Source: Promethearchaeia archaeon (GTDB lineage: Archaea > Asgardarchaeota > Lokiarchaeia > Sigyniarchaeales > SOKP01). Taken from it: 14,732 nucleotides of DNA. Position numbers and translations under genes: made by a program. Positions 9,401 through 14,732 of the stretch are shown in pieces. The stretch is taken from contig JAWOFX010000060.1 in NCBI GenBank assembly GCA_046497275.1, forward strand, positions 1 through 14,732, written 5' to 3'. The notes below the pieces were generated by a model. It was not told the origin of the DNA, did not search any database, and worked only from the letters and a program-made list of their open reading frames with translations. The first letter of the stretch is position 1; every line of letters starts with the position of its first letter.

Positions 9401-9625
9401 AATCCAGCAGTAGAAAAACAAGCCACAGACAGAGCTTATCGTATAGGACAGACTGAACCAGTAAATGTCTACAAATTCATAACTGTGGAAACAATTGAAG
9501 AAAAAATAGATGATTTAATTGAAGAGAAAAAAGAGCTAGCAGATACGATAATAACTAGTGGCGAATCTTGGATATCTGAATTAAATGATGAAAAAATTAA
9601 AGATTTAATATCTATAAAGGAATAA
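6407..9625 (+). CDS. SNF2/SWI2-family ATPase (YwqA/HelZ-like) with long N-terminal domain
   Basis: All motifs appear intact: LRPYQ..[12 protein letters not shown] (I), [11 protein letters not shown] (Ia), VDESQNMKN (II), [14 protein letters not shown] (III), LRRVK, IFTQF (IV), [11 protein letters not shown] (V), [21 protein letters not shown] (VI). Confidence 0.95.
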   Translation: [1072 protein letters not shown]

Positions 9626-9630
9626 AAATT

Positions 9631-9637
9631 GAGGAGG
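9631..9637 (+). promoter_or_regulatory. Shine-Dalgarno-like site (GAGGAGG) for the SWIM gene
   Basis: GGAGG ends 10 nt before TTG 9648, within the 22-nt gap after the SNF2 stop. This supports the TTG start and co-translation from one transcript. Confidence 0.55.
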
Positions 9638-9647
9638 AAAATTTTAA

Positions 9648-10568
9648 TTGAAAAATAGAAGAAATCTAAGAAGAACAAAAGATAATCATTATCCTATAGA
9701 TAAGAAAAAGAAACATGAAGAAGTAATGCAAATAAAAAGAGATTTAATTGATTTTGCAAGAACATCTTGGGGAAAAGAATGGATTCATTCTATTTTAAAA
9801 ATAGGAAGACCTTATAGAATGAGGAGAGGGATAAATTATGCAGAAGATGAGGAGCGTTTAAGTAATTTAAGAATACATAAAGGAGAAATATTTTCTTTAG
9901 TTCAAGGAACAGCACCAACTCCTTACCGTGTGAGAGTTAAATTCAAAATCATTCCAGAGGAAGGGTGGGAAAAAATAATTAATGAAATAGCTAACACGCT
10001 CTTAAATTTAATCATTTTACTAGAAGGAAAGCTTTCCGAAGATATAATCAAAATTTTTGAGAAATACAATTATTCCTTATTTCCTGACGTCTCAGAAGGA
10101 TTAAATGCTTCATGTTCCTGCCCTGATAAAGCTATTCCTTGTAAGCATATTGCAGCAACCATCTTATATATTTCACGAGTAGTTGACTATAATCCATTAA
10201 TCTTACTTAAAATAAGAGGTAAAACAAAAAAGGAATTACTATCAGAATTAAAATTGGGACAGAAAGTTGGAACTCTTGAAGTAGATATTGGATCTGGAAT
10301 AGAAAATAAAGAAAACCAAAATTGTTTATATTCGTTTGAGGTTCCAAAGATCTTACATCAAGAAATTAAAGATAAAGTTTTAGAAAGAAATGAATTGAAA
10401 GAAATTGATTTTCAATTTAAAAAATCAAGTAAAATTGTAGAAACGCTAGAAAATTTGGGTCTTCCTCCAAATTTAGAGTATCCAAAAGCCTTTTCCATTG
10501 TTTTAGAGAAAATATATGAAACAATTACGAAAGAGATATATCAAATGGCAATAGAAAAGTCTGAATAA
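9648..10568 (+). CDS. SWIM zinc-finger protein (YwqB/Rv2102-like partner of the SNF2 ATPase)
   Basis: SWIM signature CSCPD....CKHIAA (CxC...CxH), with family-typical WGKEW...RMRRG..YA and VQGTAPTPYRV segments, directly downstream of the SNF2 gene. Confidence 0.92.
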   Translation: MKNRRNLRRTKDNHYPIDKKKKHEEVMQIKRDLIDFARTSWGKEWIHSILKIGRPYRMRRGINYAEDEERLSNLRIHKGEIFSLVQGTAPTPYRVRVKFKIIPEEGWEKIINEIANTLLNLIILLEGKLSEDIIKIFEKYNYSLFPDVSEGLNASCSCPDKAIPCKHIAATILYISRVVDYNPLILLKIRGKTKKELLSELKLGQKVGTLEVDIGSGIENKENQNCLYSFEVPKILHQEIKDKVLERNELKEIDFQFKKSSKIVETLENLGLPPNLEYPKAFSIVLEKIYETITKEIYQMAIEKSE

Positions 10569-10585
10569 GTAAAAAATGATAAATA

Positions 10586-10747
10586 TTAATTTTTCTTTTT
10601 TGAACTTATTTTCATATAATAATTCTTTAAAATTCGATCCCATTTCTCTGCTAACTCATCATTGCCAACTCTTCTAAATAATATGATTGAACGGTCTAAA
10701 ATTTTCGCAATATTATCTTCATATTCCGTTGGAGTTGAATTAATCAT
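10586..10747 (-). CDS. Small hypothetical helical protein (53 aa)
   Basis: Hand translation: MINSTPTEYEDNIAKILDRSIILFRRVGNDELAEKWDRILKNYYMKISSKKKN*. It fills an otherwise empty gap, has amphipathic helix-like periodicity and converges on the SWIM stop with a 17-nt gap. It is shorter than any ORF in the supplied track. Confidence 0.6.
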   Translation of the reverse strand: MINSTPTEYEDNIAKILDRSIILFRRVGNDELAEKWDRILKNYYMKISSKKKN

Positions 10748-10967
10748 ATGTATAATTTAAACTTACTAAATAAAAAATGTTATATTATCACCATGATAAC
10801 TTTTTCAACGTCCTTTAATTTTATCTTTATTAGCTAAAATGATGTTTATTAATTCTGAGTTATATTTAATGGAATTAATTAAACCAAATTAAAAACCTAT
10901 ATTTATATTCCAATATTTTAATATTTAATTTATAATATAAGCTAGTTTAAAGAAATCTGTGATAAGA

Positions 10968-11924
10968 ATGGAACGACAACTCAATGCCTTATTAAATAAT
11001 TTTATGAATAATCTAAAAGGAGTCAAAGCCGTAGCGATCGTGGATAAAGATGGATTAATAATTTCTTCGGAAACAAGAGAGGAAGCGCAAGAAGATTCAG
11101 ATACTGTGATTGGTGTCCTCTCTGCTATTCTTGATGAATATATTGAAAGAGTAAAAAAAGAATTTGGAACTGAGAGTACTTTTTTTAATATCACAGTAAC
11201 TGGTGATAAAAAGCTTGCTTTCTGTTCTCGCGGGCCAAATACCATCTTAACTACTCTCGCAACACTAGAAACGGGAGATATAGAATTGAAAGTTCTATCG
11301 GAACATGTTGCTGGGAAGGTAGAATTATTAATCAAAGGAAAAGAGAACGTTTCACTCGAAATTCCTCAAATAATCAAAGTTCTTTCGCAAACTCGAAGTG
11401 GAAAACTTCCAAAAGGAGAATATTCAACTAAGTTGATTCTAACAGGAGATTGGAAAGTTGGAAAAACTTCATTGATAAGGAGGTTTGTAGAAAATAAATT
11501 TAAAGATGAATATATTTCTACTATTGGCGTTGATATAACCAAACATGTTATTGATTTAACCAAGGATACAAAAATAAATTTTATCATCTGGGATATTGGC
11601 GGGCAGAGCCTCGAACCATATAGAAAAAGATTCTATGATGGTGCAAATTGTGCAATGATTGTAGTTGATCGCACAAGAGAAGATACGTTATATAATATAA
11701 AAAATTGGATAAGAGACATTAAGGAATCTATAAGCCAGCCAATTCCTATCATAATAGTTGCAAATAAGAGCGACCTTGTTAATGAGATCGTTCTTAGTGA
11801 AGAGAAAATTAGAGAAGAAGCAGATCAATCTGGATATAATTATATAATTACTTCAGCTAAAACTGGAGAAAATGTTAATGATGCATTCCTATATATAGCG
11901 TATAAGTTTTTAGAAAAAATTTAA
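10968..11924 (+). CDS. Roadblock/LC7 (MglB-like) domain fused to a Rab-like small GTPase
   Basis: N-terminal ~120 aa has the Roadblock pattern (helix, GVKAVAIVDKDGLIISS, long helix, three strands, helix). GTPase motifs: G1 GDWKVGKTS, G2 STIGVD, G3 WDIGGQ, G4 NKSD, G5 TSAKTG. ATG 10968 preferred over GTG 10959. Confidence 0.93.
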   Translation: MERQLNALLNNFMNNLKGVKAVAIVDKDGLIISSETREEAQEDSDTVIGVLSAILDEYIERVKKEFGTESTFFNITVTGDKKLAFCSRGPNTILTTLATLETGDIELKVLSEHVAGKVELLIKGKENVSLEIPQIIKVLSQTRSGKLPKGEYSTKLILTGDWKVGKTSLIRRFVENKFKDEYISTIGVDITKHVIDLTKDTKINFIIWDIGGQSLEPYRKRFYDGANCAMIVVDRTREDTLYNIKNWIRDIKESISQPIPIIIVANKSDLVNEIVLSEEKIREEADQSGYNYIITSAKTGENVNDAFLYIAYKFLEKI

Positions 11925-12185
11925 CATGGTCTAATTTCTTAATTCATTTTATAGATATTGAATTTATCACATTTTATTAAAATCTTAGCAAAAACAGAGA
12001 TCTCTTCATTAAATTAATTAAAAGATTTTTTAGGTTATAAATTTTTGAGAATAAGATCAAGATTATTAATATAAATAAATATTTTATAATAATATAATAA
12101 TTCTTAAAGGAGGTTGAGATTAAAAATAGTTTTACGTGTATCTTTCAATGACGTGCTTGCGACTTGAAATACTTCTGGATATCTT

Positions 12186-13052
12186 ATGGGCTTTTCTCTG
12201 AAGGAATTAACCTATAAAGACAGAGAGATACTTTATCTCACAGAACAAGAATATGCAGGACCTTGGTTCAGCTTTAAAATGCATGGCAAGAAGGTAGGGA
12301 CAGTTCCTGTAATATTGAAAAATATTGAACCAACACCTATATATAAACTTGTAAATAGTAGAAAGGGTACTTATATCGATAGAATCACTCTGGATTTCGA
12401 TATTCAAGAATACTTAAAAGAACTAATTAAAAATGGTGAGCTAGTACCTGTGAAATTTAAAAAAGAAAACCCTTATATTCGATTGTATATTGATATCTTT
12501 TCTAAACCGAAAGTACCTTATATAAATACATTCTTTACATTCAAAAATATATCTGATTACAATCTTATAGATTTCAACATTTATTTTGTATTCGATTTCG
12601 ATATTAATGGTTTACAAGGATTTGATAATGATTTATCTGGATATGATAAAGAGAACGATATAATTTATCAATATGATAAAACGGGATTATATGCAGGTTT
12701 TTCTCCAATATCAAGATCTACTCATTATGAGACTACCCTCACTAAGAACTTTCATATTAACCAAAAGAAATTGAATTTATCTGATACCTTATACGATAAA
12801 CCAGGTGAGATACTTTCGGCTCTTCAAATCGAATTCAAAACTTTAGAACCACAACAAACCTTCCAAACAGCATTAAGCATTTCCGGGGGGCTAAACAAGG
12901 AAGAACTGTTTGATAATATTAATAAGGGTAAAAAAAGTGCTTACAAGTTTATAGTTCAAGTAAATAGAAATGTAAAATCTAAGTTTCGCAATAAACAAGA
13001 AGAAGCTTTTATTAAAATAAACGAACAAAAGTCCTTAGATTGTGGGAAATAA
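12186..13052 (+). CDS. Hypothetical beta-rich protein, possibly a stand-alone glycoside-hydrolase N-terminal-like beta-sandwich
   Basis: Clean 288-aa ORF with alternating aromatic/polar strands (INTFFTFKNISDYNLIDFNIYFVFDFDING..DNDLSGYD...IYQYD..YAGF). No signal peptide or TM segment. The fold assignment is from remembered pattern only. Confidence 0.7.
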   Translation: MGFSLKELTYKDREILYLTEQEYAGPWFSFKMHGKKVGTVPVILKNIEPTPIYKLVNSRKGTYIDRITLDFDIQEYLKELIKNGELVPVKFKKENPYIRLYIDIFSKPKVPYINTFFTFKNISDYNLIDFNIYFVFDFDINGLQGFDNDLSGYDKENDIIYQYDKTGLYAGFSPISRSTHYETTLTKNFHINQKKLNLSDTLYDKPGEILSALQIEFKTLEPQQTFQTALSISGGLNKEELFDNINKGKKSAYKFIVQVNRNVKSKFRNKQEEAFIKINEQKSLDCGK

Positions 13053-13169
13053 TTAAAATAATGATTCAAATAAGTAAACAATCTTCAAAATTATTTGATG
13101 AATGCCTTGCGCGGGTTTATGCTTTCCATTAGTATTTAGAATTATTACCAAGAATTTATTTATATTTAT

Positions 13170-13646
13170 TTAACTTCTTAAAGTACCAATAATAGCTTTC
13201 TCATCCTTCAAAAAATCTATTATATCCATAGGGTCTGTAAAAATTACATCTGAGTTTAAAAGACTTTTTGTTGTAGCTCCCTCTCTTCCAATTAAAAGAA
13301 TTCCGAAGAGTGCATTCTTAAGCATTAAAGAATCGTTATTCCCATTTCCAATAGCGATCGTTTCGTTTTTTCCCAATTTTTCCAACTCTTGGTTTTTTGC
13401 TTCAGCCTCAGAAACATCGGTTGGATTAATTTTTATGTATTTTACTCCGAGTTTTTCTGCTAATTCCTTCAAATTACCTCTTGTGTCAGCAGAAATTAAA
13501 TAAAGATTATATATCTCCTTAATTTCTTGAAACTTTTTAACAATTTCATCGGAAATTTTTCCTTGAAATTGAATTGTACCATTAATATCAAAGATAATAT
13601 TTTTTATTAGGATTTCTCCATAATGTGGAATATTAATTTTTTTCAT
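13170..13646 (-). CDS. HAD-superfamily hydrolase, soluble P-type ATPase-like (COG4087 type)
   Basis: Motif I IFDINGT, motif II ISADT, motif III Lys (KNQELEKL), motif IV AIGNGNND. 158 aa with little or no cap domain. Confidence 0.9.
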   Translation of the reverse strand: MKKINIPHYGEILIKNIIFDINGTIQFQGKISDEIVKKFQEIKEIYNLYLISADTRGNLKELAEKLGVKYIKINPTDVSEAEAKNQELEKLGKNETIAIGNGNNDSLMLKNALFGILLIGREGATTKSLLNSDVIFTDPMDIIDFLKDEKAIIGTLRS

Positions 13647-13667
13647 TCTTACTTACTAAAGTTATAA

Positions 13668-13674
13668 TATTTAA
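13668..13674 (-). promoter_or_regulatory. Putative archaeal TATA box (TTAAATA) for the HAD gene
   Basis: Begins 28 nt upstream of ATG 13646 on the - strand, consistent with a leaderless transcript. The AT-rich background limits specificity. Confidence 0.35.
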
Positions 13675-13864
13675 TTAAATTTTTAATTTCTTCTACTAAT
13701 CTCAGGTATAAGCTGTATAAGTCGTTCAAAATTTATTAAATAAGAGTATTTATAATTCAACTATTTCTAAAATAAGTTAAACCGTATCTATTTGGATTTT
13801 TAGTGAATTTAACTATTTATCATAATAATATTTTTTATTATCATAGAAAGCTTAATGGAAGTAA

Positions 13865-13872
13865 TTATAAAA
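13865..13872 (+). promoter_or_regulatory. Putative archaeal TATA box (TTATAAAA) for the phosphodiesterase gene
   Basis: Begins 29 nt upstream of ATG 13894, typical spacing for a leaderless archaeal mRNA. The AT-rich background limits specificity. Confidence 0.4.
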
Positions 13873-13893
13873 AACAAAATATTTTTATAACTC

Positions 13894-14732
13894 ATGGTAA
13901 AACAATCCAAACTAAATCAAATAATTCTACTTATAATGGATGATGTTAAATCATCTCAATTTTTTGAACTATTAGATAATGGTAAACTGCCTAATTTCAA
14001 GAATCTTACTGAAAATGGTCTCTATAGTAAGAATTGTATAACATCCTTTCCAAGCGTAACCTTTCCTTGTTATCCTAATATAGTTACGGGAGCTTATTCA
14101 GGTTATTTTCCTGAAGAGGGAAGTGGAATCCCTGCATATCATTGGATTTCTCGTACTGATCCACCTTCAGAGGGTAAAAAACCTCCATTTATTCGAAACT
14201 ATTCTATTGGAACCCATGTTTGGAAGATTGGAAAAGATCTTGGAAAAAATGTCAAAACCATTTTTGAGCAGGCAGGAGAAGGAAATTTCTTTAGTTCACT
14301 GAATATAATCTTTCGAGGTTCCTATTTTTCACCTCCGAGTAAGTTTAACACTGAAAATGTTTTCAAAAATATTCAAAATGCATTTAAAGAACCAAAAAAA
14401 TTCTTTTCGACTAAAGAACCCCCAATTATCACAGTGGGATATATTCCTAAAACAGACGAATTATTACATGAGAGAGGTTATGATCACCCAGAATATATAA
14501 AGGAAATCCTAAAATGTGATGAATATCTGGGAAATTTAGTGAAATTCTTAAAATCTGAAGGACATTATGATGATACTGCAATCGCAGTGATTTCTGATCA
14601 TGGGAACTATAAAGCGGAAAAATTATATGATTTAGAACCGTTTTTTAAATCCAATGGATTAATACCTTACGATCCTAAAAAAGGTAAAGGAGATTTTGAT
14701 GCTAATTTTGGATCTGTAGGTTCTTTCAACTT
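13894..14732 (+). CDS. Type I phosphodiesterase / nucleotide pyrophosphatase (alkaline phosphatase superfamily), 3'-truncated by window edge
   Basis: Hand translation, open to the edge (279 codons): MVKQSKLNQIILLIMDDV...GKLPNFKNL..NG...TSFPSVTFPCYPNIVTG...YIPKTDELLHERG...CDEYLGNL...AVISDHG. It has the metal ligands (D; D...H; DH) and the Thr nucleophile of the NPP family. Confidence 0.92.
   Translation, partial: MVKQSKLNQIILLIMDDVKSSQFFELLDNGKLPNFKNLTENGLYSKNCITSFPSVTFPCYPNIVTGAYSGYFPEEGSGIPAYHWISRTDPPSEGKKPPFIRNYSIGTHVWKIGKDLGKNVKTIFEQAGEGNFFSSLNIIFRGSYFSPPSKFNTENVFKNIQNAFKEPKKFFSTKEPPIITVGYIPKTDELLHERGYDHPEYIKEILKCDEYLGNLVKFLKSEGHYDDTAIAVISDHGNYKAEKLYDLEPFFKSNGLIPYDPKKGKGDFDANFGSVGSFN

Noticed and set aside
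7540-9678. Three short - strand ORFs (7540..7755, 8817..8999, 9469..9678)
   Set aside because: Antisense to the SNF2 gene (the last also overlaps the SWIM start); typical Phe/Ile/Ser-rich shadows of AT-rich coding DNA.
10785-10799. Inverted repeat TTATCA-CCA-TGATAA in the divergent spacer
   Set aside because: A 6-bp AT-rich palindrome is expected about once by chance in a spacer of this size, and no second full copy was seen.
10925-12407. - strand ORFs 10925..11335 (136 aa), 11366..11587 and 12207..12407
   Set aside because: Antisense shadows of the Roadblock-GTPase and 288-aa genes; no recognisable motifs.
13090-13140. Possible SECIS or riboswitch in the GC-rich patch after the 288-aa gene
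   Set aside because: It has AUGA but no 3' GA partner at SECIS spacing, and no match to riboswitch consensus sequences I can recall. Kept only as part of the repeat finding.
10761-13660. Identical 10-mer ACTTACTAAA just upstream of two - strand genes (10761..10770 and 13651..13660)
   Set aside because: Different distances to the start codons; a rough estimate shows such a match is not unexpected at this AT content.
2528-14732. Possible DISARM/BREX-like defence island (adenine MTase + SNF2 + alkaline-phosphatase-fold protein)
   Set aside because: Genes are interspersed with hisB and other housekeeping genes. No DrmA/B/C or BrxC/BrxL partners. The phosphodiesterase is NPP-like rather than PglZ-like, and the SNF2 has the ordinary SWIM partner.
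1-14732. CRISPR arrays, tRNA/rRNA, IS elements, integrases
   Set aside because: No regularly spaced repeats, cloverleaf or rRNA-like GC-rich segments, terminal inverted repeats or recombinase motifs were seen. All spacers are under 300 nt.

Overview
AT-rich, gene-dense chromosomal window that most likely comes from an Asgard archaeon (Lokiarchaeia-like). This is inferred from a Roadblock-small GTPase fusion, two membrane-anchored longin-like proteins, archaeal TATA-like boxes and an archaeal-type HisB. Gene order: two tandem paralogous 7TM + longin-like genes on the - strand (the first runs off the left edge and is missing from the ORF track); a co-oriented + strand run of a gamma-class N6-adenine DNA methyltransferase with an inserted C4 zinc ribbon, a URO-D/MT2-superfamily protein, hisB, a SNF2 ATPase and its SWIM-finger partner; an unannotated 53-aa small ORF (-); a Roadblock/LC7-Rab-like GTPase fusion with non-canonical G1 and switch II; a 288-aa beta-rich hypothetical protein; a COG4087-type HAD hydrolase (-); and, divergent from it, a nucleotide pyrophosphatase/phosphodiesterase running off the right edge (also missing from the ORF track). 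I saw no CRISPR array, tRNA/rRNA, integrase or transposase. The most interesting signal is a candidate membrane-to-GTPase signalling toolkit (7TM-longin receptors plus a Roadblock-GTPase). The functional link between them is inference only.
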